DNA from: Malacoraja senta
Lineage: Eukaryota
NCBI GenBank assembly: GCA_038087875.1
Contig: JAXLNO010000310.1
Span: forward strand, 1 to 57,837
Length of the DNA: 57,837 nt
Direction of reading: 5' to 3'
Position 1 is the stretch's first letter, and each line of letters begins with the position of its first letter. Below are positions 37,405 through 50,143 of the stretch, one piece after another. The notes beneath the pieces were generated by a model that saw nothing but the letters and a program-made list of their open reading frames with translations, was not told where the DNA came from and ran no database searches. The position numbers and the translations under genes are program-made.

Positions 37405-37539
37405 CGATCAAAGATAGTCACCAATGAGATAGATAGTAGTTCAGGACTACTCTGGTTGTGGTAGGATGGTTGTGGTAGGATCGTCTCTCACACCCCCCGC
37501 TGCTGAAAGACTCATCCATGCCTTCATCTCCTCCCGACT
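37405..37539. repeat. 135-bp direct duplication flanking the L1 element (right copy)
   Basis: Identical by eye to 30992-31126. Confidence 0.9.
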
Positions 37540-38112
37540 GGACTACTGTAACTCTCTTCTTTTCGGAATCAATTCCAGCAACATCAAACGACTCCAACTG
37601 GTCCAGAATGCAGCCGCTCGACTCATCACCCACACCAAATCCTGGCACCACATCACCCCAGTTCTCAAAGAACTTCACTGGCTTCCCATTTCCCACCGGA
37701 TCACCTACAAAATCCTGGTCCTCACCTACAAAGCCCTCAACAACCTGGCCCCCCCTTATCTCATTGACCTCCTCTCCCCCTACCAACCCTCACGGTCCCT
37801 CAGATCCACATCAGCTGGTCTCCTCTCCACTCCGAAATCAAACCTCTGCACTTTTGGAGGCAGAGCCTTCTCCAGGGCAGCTCCCAGGCTCTGGAATTCC
37901 CTCCCACAACTGATCTGAAATTCTGAGTCCCTCACCATCTTCCAGTCCTGCCTCAAGACCCATCTCTTCACCTCTGCATACCCTTAGTCCCATATTCCCC
38001 TCCCCTCTGTCTTACTGCTCTATTTTGTTTTGTTTATTCCTGACTCTCAATTGTAAAGCGACTTTGAGTCCTGAAAAGCGCTATATAAATAAAATCTATT
38101 ATTATTATTATT
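37481..38112 (+). mobile_element. L2-clade LINE, 5'-truncated, nested in a Rex-type 3' fragment
   Basis: ORF 37466-37918 LIHAFISSRLDYCNSLL...LQLVQNAAARL...HITPVLKELHWLP; 3' end TGTAAAGCGACTTTGAG...GAAAAGCGCTATATAAAT + (ATT)n. Confidence 0.85.
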
Positions 38113-38242
38113 AGTTGCCTGTTAACAGCTGGGAAGAAACTGTCCCTGAATCTGGAGGTGTGCGTTTTCACACTTCTGTACCTCTTGCCTGATGAGAGAG
38201 GGGAGAAGAGGGAGTGGCCAGGGTGCGACTGGTCCTTGATTA

Positions 38243-38883
38243 TAGAAACATAGATACATAGAAAATAGGTGCAGGGAGTAGGCCATTCGGCCCTTCGAGC
38301 CTACACCACCATTCAATATGATCATGGCTGATCATCCAACTCAGTATCATGTACCTGCCTTCTCTCCATACCCCCTGATCCCTTTAGCCACAAGGGCCAC
38401 ATCTAACTCCCTCTTAAATATAGCCAATGAACTGGCCTCAACTACCCTCTGTGGCAGAGAGTTCCAGAGATTCACCACTCTCTGTGTGAAAAATTATTTT
38501 CTCATCTCGGTCTTAAAGGATTTCCCCCTTATCCTTAAACTGTGACCCCTTGTTCTGGACTTCCCCAACATCGGGAACAATCTTCCTGCATCTAGCCTGT
38601 CCAACCCCTTAAGAATCTTGTAAGTTTCTATAAGATCCCCCCTCAATCTTCTAAATTCTAGCGAGTACAAGCCTAGTCTATCCAGTCTTTCTTCATATGA
38701 AAGTCCTGACGTCCCAGGAATCAGTCTGGTGAACTTTCTCTGTACTCCCTCTATGGCAAGAATGTCTTTCCTCAGATTTGGAGACCAAAACTGTACGCAA
38801 TACTCCAGGTGTGGCCTCACCAAGACCTTGTACAACTGCAGTAGAACCTCCCTGCTCCTATACTCAAATCCTTTTGCTATGAT
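38243..38883 (-). mobile_element. CR1 LINE 3' fragment
   Basis: ORF 38494-38907; same subfamily as 17803-18428. Confidence 0.9.
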
Positions 38884-39574
38884 GCTATTACGAGATATAT
38901 ACGACATAAAGTCATAAAGTCACAGTCATACAGCATGGAAACAGGCCCTTCAGCCCATCTTACACATGGCGACTGTGGAATTCTCTGCGTCAGAGGGCAG
39001 TGGAGGCAGGTTCTCTGGATGCTTTCAAGAGAGAGCTAGATAGGGCTCTTAAAGATAGCAGAGTCAGGGGATATGGGGAGAAGGCAGGAACGGGATACTG
39101 ATTGGGGATGATCAGCCATGATCACATTGAATGGCGGTGCTGGCTCGAAGGGTCGAATGTCCTACACCTGCACCTATTGTCTATTGTCTATTGAGTGTGT
39201 GGGGGGTGCGGGGATTGCTGGTCGCGCGGGCCGAATGGCTTGTGTCCATGCTGTATCTCTAGATTAAACTAAACTAAACTAAATTTCACAATTCACAAGT
39301 TGTAGAACATAGAATAACTTAGAACAAGTGCAGCCCAGTGGACAAGGGAACAGATTATGTACACCATCAATAAAACATGCCGTGTGTGTATGAAGGAAAT
39401 GCAGACGCTGGTTTACACCAAAGGTAGACACAGAATTCTGGTGTAACTCAGCGGGACAGGCAGCGTCTCTGGAGAGAAGGAATGGGAGACGTTTCGGGTC
39501 AAGACCCTTCTTCAGACTGAGAGTCAGGGGGAAGGGAAACGAGAGATATAGACGGTGATACAATACAATACACA

Positions 39575-39952
39575 ATACAATAGACAATAGACAATAGGTG
39601 CAGGAGTAGGCCATTCGGCCCTTCAAGCCAACACCGCCATTCAATGTGATCATGGCTGATCATCCCCAATCAGTACCCCATTCCTGCCTTCTCCCCATAT
39701 CCCCTGACTCCGCTATTTTTAAGAGCCCTATCCAGCTCTCTCTTGAAAGCATCCAGAGAACCGGCCTCCACCGCCCTCTGAGGCAGAGAATTCCACAGAC
39801 TCACCACTCTCTGTGAGAAAAAGTGTTTCCTCGTCTCCGTTCTAAATGGCTTACCCCTTATTCTTAAACTGTGGCCCCTGGTTCTGGACTCCCCCAACAT
39901 CGGGAACATGTTTCCTGCCTCTAGCGTGTCCAAGCCCTTGACAATCTTATAT
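39575..39952 (-). mobile_element. CR1 LINE 3' fragment
   Basis: ORF 39670-39933; (TCTATTG)n tail. Confidence 0.85.
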
Positions 39953-39954
39953 GG

Positions 39955-40270
39955 TTAGTTTAGTCTAGTTTAATTTAGTTTAGAGATACAGCGCGGAAAC
40001 AGACCCTACGGCCAACCGGGTCCGCGCTGACCCGCAATCACCCCGCACACTGACACTATCCTACACACATTCAGGACAATTTACATTTACACCGAGCCAA
40101 TTAACCTACAAACTCTCCGTCTTTGGAGTGTGGGGGGAAATCGAAGATCCCGGAGAAAACCCACGCAGGTCACGGGGAGAACGTGCAAACTCCGTACAGA
40201 CAGCACCCGTAGTCGGGATGGAACCCGGGTCTCTGGCGCGGTGAGGCAGCAACTCTACCGCTGCGCCACC
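39955..40270 (-). mobile_element. Full-length tRNA-derived SINE (HE1/V-SINE-like)
   Basis: Reverse complement of the 11418-11735 structure, head to (AAACT)n tail. Confidence 0.85.
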
Positions 40271-40984
40271 ATTATTAACTTTGGAACATTTTTATTTATC
40301 TGTGTGAGTGACGCAATGAATAAACAACTGTAATATTGCTGCCAACACATAACAGGAGGCAATATCCTGCAGGATTATTTGAAATGACCCTGCTGGGTCT
40401 CTTTCTTGCTTGTGTTGATTGCTTGGTTGCTGAAGTGAGCATTATGGATTAACACTTCCACACATTCATAAACGTTACGTATGTTAACCGCAGATATTTA
40501 TTTTTTCTCACGCACAGACACAATGGTTCGAAGGCAGGTACATAGTTCATTGAAAGTGGCATCGGAAGAAGGGCCTCGACCATAAACGTCACCCATTCCT
40601 TCTCTCCAGAGATGCTGCCTGTCCCGCTGAGTTAGGCCAGCATTTTGTGTCTAGGTAGAGGGGTCAAAAAGGCTTTTTGGCACATTGGCCTTCATCAGTC
40701 AGAGCATTGAGTATAGAAGTTGGGAGGTCATGTCGCAGTTGTATAAGACGTTGATGAGGCCGCATTTAGAATATTGGGTTCAGCTCTGGGCACCATGTTA
40801 TGGGACAGATGTTGTCAAGCTGGAAAGGGTGCAGAGAAGATTTATGAGGATGTTGCCAGGACTGGGCTATAGGGAGAGGTTGAGTATCAAATCAATTTAT
40901 CAAAAACTTTATTTGCCATTTGTGCTTACACACATAGGAACTCTTGTGCGGTTGTTCAGAGTGTCAAGTCAAGTTAAAAAGACA

Positions 40985-43900
40985 CATAGATACATAGAAA
41001 ATAGGTGCAGGAGTAGGCCATTCAGCCCTTCGAGCCTGCACCACCATTCAATATGATCATGGCTGATCATCCATCTCAGTATCCCGTACCTGCCTTCTCT
41101 CCATACCCCCTGATCCCTTTAGCCACAAGGGCCACATCTAACTCCCTCTTAAATATAGCCAATGAACTGGCCTCAACTACCCTCTGTGGCAGAGAGTTCC
41201 AGAGATTCACCACTCTCTGTGTGAAAACGTTTTTCCTCATCTCGGTCTTAAAGGATTTCCCCCTTATCCTTAAGCTGTGACCCCTTGTCCTGGACTTCCC
41301 CAACATCGGGAACAATCTTCCTGCATCTAGCCTGTCCAACCCCATAAGAATTTTGTACGTTTCTATAAGATCCCCTCTCAATCTCCTAAATTCTAGCGAG
41401 TATAAGCCAAGTCTATCCAGTCTTTCTACATATGAAAGTCCTGACATCCCAGGAATCAGTCTGGTGAACCTTCTCTGCACTCCCTCTATGGCTATAATGT
41501 CCTTCCTCAGATTTGGAGACCAAAACTGTACGCAATACTCCAGGTGTGGTCTCACCAAGACCCTGTACAACTGCAGTAGAACCTCCCTGCTCCTATACTC
41601 AAATCCTCTTGCTATGAAGGCCAACATACCATTCGCTTTCTTCACTGCCTGCTGCACCTGCATGCCTACTTTCAATGACTGGTGTACACATTTATCCACA
41701 TTATACTGCATCTGCCAAACATTTGCCCACTCACCCAGCCTATCCAAGTCACCTTGCAGTCTCCTAGCATCTCCTCACAGCAAACACTGCCCCCCAGCTT
41801 AGTGTCATCCGCAAACTTGGAGATGTTGCTTTCAATTCCCTCGTCCAGATCATTAATATAAATTGTAAATAGCTGGGGTCCCAGCACTGAGCCTTGCGGT
41901 ACCCCACTAGTCACTGCCTTGCATTGTGAAAAGGACCCGTTTACTCCTACTCTTTGCTTCCTGTTTGCCAGCCAGTTCTCTATCCACATCAATACTGAAC
42001 CCCCAATACCGTGTGATTTAAGTTTGTATCCTAATCTCTTATGTGGTACCTTGTCGAAAGCCTTCTGAAAGTCCAGATACAACACATCCACTGGTTCTCC
42101 CCTATCCACTCTACTAGTTACATCCTCGAAAAATTCTATAAGATTCGTCAGACACGATTTACCTTTCGTAAATCCATGCTGACTTTGTCCAATGATTTCA
42201 CCACTTTCCAAATGTGCTGCTATCCCATCTTTAATAACTGACTCTAGCAGTTTCCCCACTACCGATGTTAGACTAACTGGTCTGTAATTCCCCGTTTTCT
42301 CTCTCCCTCCCTTCTTAAAAAGTGGGGTTACGTTTGCTACCCTCCAATCCTCAGGAACTACTCCAGAATCTAAAGAGTTTTGAAAAATTATCACTAATGC
42401 ATCCACTATTTCTGGAGCTACTTCCTTAAGTACTCTGGGATGCAGCCTATCTGGCCCTGGTGATTTATCGGCCTTTAATCCATTCAATTTACCCAACACC
42501 ACTTCCCGACTAACCTGGATTTCAATCAGTTCCTCCATCTCCTTTGACCCGCGGCCCCCTGCTATTTCCGGCAGATTATTTATGTCTTCCTCAGTGAAGA
42601 CGGAACCAAAGTAGTTATTCAATTGGTCCGCCATATCCTTGTTCCCCATGATCAATTCACCTGTTTCTGACTGCAAGGGACCTACATTTGTTTTAACTAA
42701 TCTCTTTCTCTTCACATATCTATAAAAACATTTGCAGTTAGTTTTTATGTTCCCTGCCAGTTTCCTTTCATAATCTATTTTCCCTTTCCTAATTAAGCCC
42801 CTTGTCCTCCTCTGCAGGTCTCTGAATTTCTCCCAGTCCTCTGGTATGCTTCTTTTTCTGGCTAATTTGTACGCATCATCTTTTGCTTTGATACTATCCC
42901 TGATTTCCCTTGTTATCCACGGATGCACTACCTTCCCTGATTTATTCTTTTGCCAAACTGGGATGAACAATTTTTGTAGTTCATCCATGCAGTCTTTAAA
43001 TGCCTTCCATTGCATATCCACCGTCAACCCTTTTAGAACTAATTGCCAGTCAATCTTGGCCAATTCACGTCTCATACCCTCAACCTTACCTTTCTTTAAG
43101 TTCAGAACCGTTGTTTCTGAATTAACAATGTCACTCTCCATCCTAATGAAGAACTCAACCATATTATGGTCACTCTTGCCCAAGGGGGCACGCACAACAA
43201 GACTGGTAACTAACCCTTCCTCATTACTCAATACCCAGTCTAGAATAGCCTGCTCTCTCGTTGGTTCCTCTACATGTTGGTTTAGATAACTATCCCTCAT
43301 ACATTCCAAGAAATCCTCTTCCTCAGCACCCCTGCCAATTTGATTCACCCAATCTATATGTAGATTGAAGTCACCCATTATAACTGTTTTACCTTTGTTG
43401 CACGCATTTCTAATTTCCTGTTTGATGCCATCCCCAACTTCACTACTACTGCTAGTGGGCCTGTACACAACACCCACCAGCGTTTTCTGCCCCTTAGTGT
43501 TTCACAGCTCTACCCATACCGATTCCACATCCTCCAAGCTAATGTCCTTCCTTTCCACTGCGTTAATCTCCTCTCTAACCAGCAACGCTACCCCACCTCC
43601 TTTTCCTTTCTCTCTATCCCTCCTGAATATTGAATATCCCTGAATGTTCAGCTCCCAGCCTTGGTCACCCTGGAGCCATGTCTCCGTGATCCCAACTATA
43701 TCATAATCATTAATTGCTATCTGCACGTTCAACTCATCCACCTTATTACGAATGCTCCTTGCATTGAGACACAAAGCCTTCAGGCTTGTTTATACAACGC
43801 TCTTACCCCTTATACAATTATGTTGAAAAGTGGCTCTTTTTGATTTTTGCCCTGGATTTGTCTGCCTGCCACTTTTACTTTTCACCTTGCTACCTATTGC

Positions 43901-44121
43901 TTCCGCCCGCATTTTACACCCCTCTGTTTCTCTGCTCACCCATTTAAGAACCCCACCACCTCTTATTCTCTGTTTATTATTGTTTTCTTCTTTCCCCCCT
44001 ACATGTTGGGTCTGAGTGCTTTCCTTCTCTGCCTCCTGCCTCACACACTGTCTAATAGCACTCTCTATTTGAGTCCCTCCCCCCAACCATTCTAGTTTAA
44101 AATCTCCCCAGTAGCCTTTGC
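40985..44121 (-). mobile_element. CR1 LINE with nearly complete ORF2 (APE + RT), inactivated
   Basis: [72 protein letters not shown]; in-frame TGA at ~43502, frameshift at ~41770, internal deletion at ~41685. Confidence 0.92.
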
Positions 44122-45490
44122 AGACAGACACACAGAAAGACACATCTATAAACTATAAACACATATACTAGGATATGTTATGAGGTGGGTCAGGACATCA
44201 GTTCATTTTGTTTTGGCCAAGAGTCTCACTGTGGCAGGGAAGAAGCTCTTGAAAAAGCGTGTTCTGTTTGTGGCGATGCTGTCCGCTCGTCTGTGCCTGA
44301 GGTTGTATGTGCAGTTTTTGTGTTTGAGCAGGGAGTGAGCTGGATGTAGTGTGTCTCTGATGATTCTCTCTGCTCTTTTTTGACAGCGCTGTGTGTAGAT
44401 TGTTCCATGGAGGGAAGTTCCGTTCCGACAATCCTCTTAGAGTAGGCTGGGTCTCTATTCCATGGAGCACAGGAGGATGAGGGGTCGATCTTATAGAGGT
44501 GTACAAAATCATGAGAGGAATAGATCGGGTAGATGCACAGAGTCTCTTGCCCAGAGTAGGGGAATCGAGGACCAGAGGACATAGATTTAAGGTGAAGGGG
44601 ATTTAATAGGAATCTGAGGGGTATCTTGCGTGTACTGAGGTACAATGAAAAGCTTTTGTTGCGTTCTATCCATTCAGCGGAAAGACAATGCATGGTTACA
44701 TTGTACATGATAAAGGAATAACATTAAGTGGGAATAAAGTCCAGAAAAGTCTGATTAAAGAGATTCTGAAGGTCTCCAATGAGTTAGATGGGACGTCAGG
44801 ACTGCTTTCTAGTTGGTGGTAGGATGGTTCAGTTGCCTGATAACAGCCGGGAAGAAACTGTCCCTGAATCTGGAGGTGTGCGTTTGTTTTCACACTTCTG
44901 TACCTCTTGCCCGATGGGAGAGGGGAGAAGAGGGAGTGGCCGGGGTGAGATTCATTCCCGTGGGCTCATTGGTCAATTGCCCTCTGTGAATTGTCCCTCG
45001 TGTGTGTAGGATAGTGTTGGTGTGCGGGGATCGCTGGTCGGCGCGGACTCGGTGGGCCGAAGGGCCTGTTTCCGCGCTGTATCTCTAACGTAAACTAAAC
45101 GAAAGGCAGGTGTGTGGAGGGGAGCTAAATCCTATCAACTTCATCAAATTGAAGGTAAATGGAACAGGGCTCTTTTATATATAAGTACTGGAGAGAGCTA
45201 ATGGATTTCCTGCCAGCCGTCAAAGGTTAGCGAAATGTTTTTTTTTCCAGCAAGTAAAATCAGATAATGTTCTATTTTGAAAACCGTAGTATCGAATCCC
45301 ATGGGCCTTCCGTTGACACAATAAGTCAAAGAGCCATTACCTGCCTAACATGGGATTTTAACTTCATTCTCTATCCAGCATCAAAGAACATGTTTGGGGG
45401 GAAAAGGCTCACAAGAATTATTCTGCAAGTATCAAGTGAATAATCTTTGTGACTGATTTTTGGTCTAATATGTTTGAATGGACACAAAAA

Positions 45491-45985
45491 GCTGGAGTAA
45501 CTCAGCGGGTCAGGCAGCATCTCTGGAGAACATGGATAGGTGACGTTTCACAGAGTGCTGGAGTAACTCAGCGGGTCAGGCAGCATCTGTGGAGCGAAGG
45601 AAATGGGCAACCTTTCGGGCCGAAACCCTGAAGGAAATAGGCAACGTTTTGGGCCGAAACCCGGAAGGGTTTCGGGCCGAAACGTTGCCTATTTCCTTCG
45701 CTCTATAGATGCTGCCGGAACATGGATAGGTGACGTTTCACAGAGTGCTGGAGTAACTCAGCGGGTCAGGCAGCATCTGTGGAGAACATGGATAGGTGAC
45801 GTTTCACAGAGTGCTGGAGTAACTCAGCGGGTCAGGCAGCATCTGTGGAGAACATGGATAGGTGACGTTTCACAGAGTGCTGGAGTAACTCAGCGGGTCA
45901 GGCAGCATCTCTGGAGAACATGGATAGGTGACGTTTCACACAGTGCTGGAGTAACTCAGCGGGTCAGGCAGCATCTCTGGAGAGA
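45491..45985. repeat. 66-bp tandem array interrupted by a fold-back pLTR piece of a second subfamily
   Basis: Unit as at 14519; 45590-45715 is a GGAAATAGGCAACGTTT...AAACGTTGCCTATTTCC hairpin. Confidence 0.85.
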
Positions 45986-47574
45986 AGGAATGGGTGATGT
46001 TTCAGCTCGAAAACCTAAACCAGCATCTGCAGTTCCTTCCCACACCTTTACTTGAATAACTCGACTCCAATTTCAGGACCAGTTCAGTTGAGTTTATTCT
46101 CACCTGTACCGAGGAACAGTGAAAAGCTTTTGTTGCGTGCTAACCAGTCAGCGGAAAGACAATACATGATTACAATCGAGCCATTTTGGCATTAGGAATA
46201 AAGGCGTAGACTATTTTCTAAATGGGGAGAGATTCCAGAAATCGGAGGTACAAAGGGACTTGGGAGCGCTGGTGCAGGATTCCCAAAAAGTTAATCTGCA
46301 AGTCGAATCGGTGGTAAAGAAGGCAAACTTATTTATTTCTGGAGGGCTTGTATGCAAAAACAGGTATGTAATGCTGAGGCTCTTCAAGGCGCTGGTAAGG
46401 TCACATTATGGAATATTGTGAGCAATTTTGGGCACCGTATTGTGAGGAAGGATGCGCTGGCTCTGGAGAGGGTCCAGAGGAGGTTTACAAGAATGATCCC
46501 AGGAAATAACCAAATCCTTGCAATTCTGGTCACTTGGCAGTTTTGAGGTAATAATAAGCAGAGTTAATGTTTCAGGTCAATCACCGCTAATCAGGAATTG
46601 AAGTTGCTTAGATTATAAACAAAAATAATAATATTTCAATCTAGACGCGTAGGAGTCTGCAGATGCCTGAAACCTGAGCTAGAAATGCTGGAGGAATTCA
46701 GTTGATCAGGCGGGATAGAACATGGAAGAGTACAGCACAGGAACAGGCCCTTCAGCCCACAATGTCCGTGCTGAGCATTGTACCAAATTAAGCCAATCCC
46801 TTCTGCCTGGGCATCATCCATCCCCTGCACAATACATAGATACATAGATACATAGAAAATAGGTGCAGGAGTAGGCCATTCGGCCCTTCGAGCCTGCACC
46901 GCCATTCAATATGATCATGGCTGAACATCCAACTCAGTATCCCGTACTTGCCTAGATGACTATGGGATAGGACCTCTTCTTGTCGAGTCCACACACACAA
47001 GATTAGAAGTTGTTCAGCCAGATCTGAGCACACTTGTCGGCATCTGTAAAGATTGGTGGAAACAGGGGCCGCGATCGACATGAACGGTCTTTCCTCGACC
47101 CCACTATGGAAAAGGTGATCACGAGTTATACAGACAGTGGAACTCACCAGGATGACAGTGTAACTAGTTTAACGGCCAGGGTGGGGGAGGGGATGCAGGG
47201 GTTACTTGACGTCAGAGAAATCAACATTCCCTCTCTCCGACCCACCCCATCCAAGTTCTCCGTCTAGTTTCACTGCCCTTCTGATAAATGTTACAGTTTG
47301 TCACCTTCACCACAATGAACCATCCCACATTTTCTTTGATCTGTCGTTTTCACACCTTTCCCCCTCCATATCTCTATGTCTCCCTCTCCCCTGACTCTCA
47401 GTCTGAAGAAGGGGTCTCGACTGAAACATCAACTATCTTTCTCCAAAGATCCTGCCTGACCCGATGAGTTACTCCAGCGTTTTGTGTTTTTTGTTTTCAT
47501 AAGCGTCATAAGGGATAGGAGTAGATTTAGGCCATTCGGCCCATCAAGTCTCCTCCGCCATTCAATCATGGCTC

Positions 47575-48615
47575 AACAGGTTGAAGGCCAAGAGCAAAGT
47601 CAGCAACACCGCCATCATGGAGCTTCAGTAGGCGGACAACTGGGCCATTGCAGCACACTCTGCAGAAGACCTCCAGGGCATCCTGAATGTCTTTGCCAAG
47701 GCATACAGAGCCATGGCCTCGCCTTAAATATCAATAAAACCCAGGTCCTACATCAACCTCCACCCAACCAGCCGTCTACCAGGCCCACTATAAAAGTGGA
47801 CAACACCACTCTTGAAAACGTTGACCACTTCCCCTACCTGGGCAGCAATCTTTCCTCAAAAGCTGACATCGACTCTGAGTCAACCATTGCCTGAGTTGTG
47901 CCAGCGGAGCCTACGCCAGGCTCAGGGAAAGAGTCTTTGAAGACCGAGACCTAAAGGCCCAAACAAAACTGCTGGTCTACAGAGCCGTTGTCCTCTCCAC
48001 CCTGTTGTATGGAGCAGAGTCATGGACCACCCACAGCAGGCACCTGAGAGCCCTGGAACAATACCATCAAAGATCCTTACGAAAGATTCTGAGGATCAGC
48101 TGGGAGGACAAACACAACATCAGCGTGTTGGAGGAAGCCAACATGACCACCACAATAGACAATAAACTATAGACAATAGACAATAGACAATAGGTGCAGG
48201 AGTAGGCCATTCGGCCTTCGAGCCAGCACCGGCATTCAATGTGACCATGGCTGATCATCCCCAATCAGTACCCCGTTCCTGCCTTCTCCCCATATCCCCT
48301 GACTCCACCATTTTTAAGAGCCCTATCTAGCTCTCTCTTGAAAGTATTCCACAGACTCACCGTGACGTGCAGGAAGGAGCTGCATGTCACGAGACGGAAC
48401 TACGCCGTGTGGCAGAGACAGAGAGACAGCACCGTAAGGAGAGAGAGAGAGAAGGGGGCTCGACAACTACCAACCACCGCCAGTCTCCACTGCCCACGTT
48501 GCACCAGGGTGTGTGGATCACGGATCGGCCTCTACAGACATCTGCAGACCCACAAGTAGACGACCCTATGGAGAGGAGAGGGCTGTCATACTCATTTCCA
48601 GTGACCGCCGATGAT
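47575..48615 (+). mobile_element. RTE-clade LINE fragment, middle replaced by a CR1 3' piece (~48152-48360)
   Basis: GLALNINKTQVLHQP...ENVDHFPYLGS; by eye TKLLVYRAVVLSTLLYGAESWT...LRKILRISWED; terminal CPRCTRVCGSRIGLYRHLQTH; a similar 3' end is seen inverted at ~9455-9535. Confidence 0.8.
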
Positions 48616-48719
48616 GCTGATCTATCTCTCCCTCCAAACCCCATTCTCCTGCCTTCTCCCCATAACCTCTGACACCAGTACTATTCAAGAATCTATCTAC
48701 GTGTAGGAAAGAACTGCAG

Positions 48720-49258
48720 ATAGAAACATGGAAACATAGAAATTAGGTGCAGGAGTAGGCCATTCGGCCCTTCGAGCCTGCACCACCATTCAATATGATC
48801 ATGGCTGATCATCCAACTCAGTATCCCGTACCTGCCTTCTCTCCATACCCCCTGATCCCTTTAGCCACAAGGGCCACATCTAACTCCCTCTTAAATATAG
48901 CCAATGAACTGGCCTCGACTACCCTCTGTGGCAAAGAGTTCCAGAGATTCACCACTCTCTGTGTGAAAAAAGTTCTTCTCATCTCGGTTTTAAAGGATTT
49001 CCCCCTTATCCTTAAGCTGTGACCCCTTGTCCTGGACTTCCCCAACATCGGGAACAATCTTCCTGCATCTAGCCTGTCCAACCCCTTAAGAATTTTGTAC
49101 GTTTCTATAAGATCCCCTCTCAATCTCCTAAATTCTAGAGAGTATAAACCAAGTTTATCCAGTCTTTCTTCATAAGACAGTCCTGACATCCCAGAATTCA
49201 GTCTGGTGAACCTTCTCTGCACTCCCTCTATGGCAATAATGTCCTTCCTCAGATTTGG
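48720..49258 (-). mobile_element. CR1 LINE 3' fragment
   Basis: C-terminal part of ORF 48818-49423. Confidence 0.88.
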
Positions 49259-49609
49259 TATCGCAGCGGGACAGGCAGCATCTCTGGAGAGAAGGAATGG
49301 GTGGCGTTTCGGGTCGAGACCGTTCTTCAGTCTGAAAAAGAATCTATCTATCTCTGCCTTAAAAATATCCACTGACGTGGCCTCCACAGCCTTCTGTGGC
49401 AAAGAATTCCACAGATTCACCACCCTCTGACTAAAGAAATTCCTCCTCCTCTCCTTCCTAAAAGAGCGTCTTTAATTCTGAGGCTACGACCTCAAGTCCT
49501 AGACTCTCCCACTAATACAATGCTGAAACAGGCCCTTCAGCCCACCGAGTCTGCACCGGCTAGCGATCCCTGCACACAAGCATTATCCAGCACACTCTAT
49601 ATAGAATCT

Positions 49610-50143
49610 ATATTTGAGAAAGGACATTCTTGCTATTGAGGGAGTGCAGCGTAGGTTTCCAAGGTTAATTCCCGGGATGGCGGGACTGGCATATGCTGAG
49701 GGAATGGAGCAACTGGGCTTGTATACTCTGGAGTTTAGAAGGATAAGAGGGGATCTCATTGAAACATATAAGATTGATAAGGGTTTGGACGCGCTAGAGG
49801 CAGGAAACATGTTCCCGATGTTGGGGGAGTCCAGAACCAGGGGCCACAGTTTAAGAATAAGGAGTAAGCTATTTAGAACGGAGACGAGGAAACACTTTTT
49901 CTCACAGAGAGTGGTGAGTCTGTGGAATTCTCTGCCTCAGAGGGTGGTGGAGGCAGGTTCTCTGGATGCTTTCAAGAGAGCTAGATAGGGCTCTAAAAAT
50001 AGCGGAGTCAGGGGATATGGGTGGAAGGCAGGAATGGGGTACTGATTGGGGATGATCAGCCATGATCACATTGAATGGCGGTGCTGGCTCGAAGGGCCGA
50101 ATGGCATACTCCTGCACCTATTGTCATTGTCTGTTGTCTATTG
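49610..50143 (+). mobile_element. CR1 LINE 3' fragment
   Basis: ORF 49614-49988. Confidence 0.88.

Noticed and set aside
30992..37539. LTR retrotransposon with 135-bp LTRs
   Set aside because: The repeats are chimeric host sequence (Rex/L2 junction) without TG...CA ends, and the interior encodes APE-RT and L1 ORF1, not gag-pol-integrase.
41353..43643. Plus-strand ORFs (e.g. 41353-41802, 42846-43289) as genes
   Set aside because: Antisense shadows of the CR1 ORF2; the same shadows recur opposite other CR1 copies.
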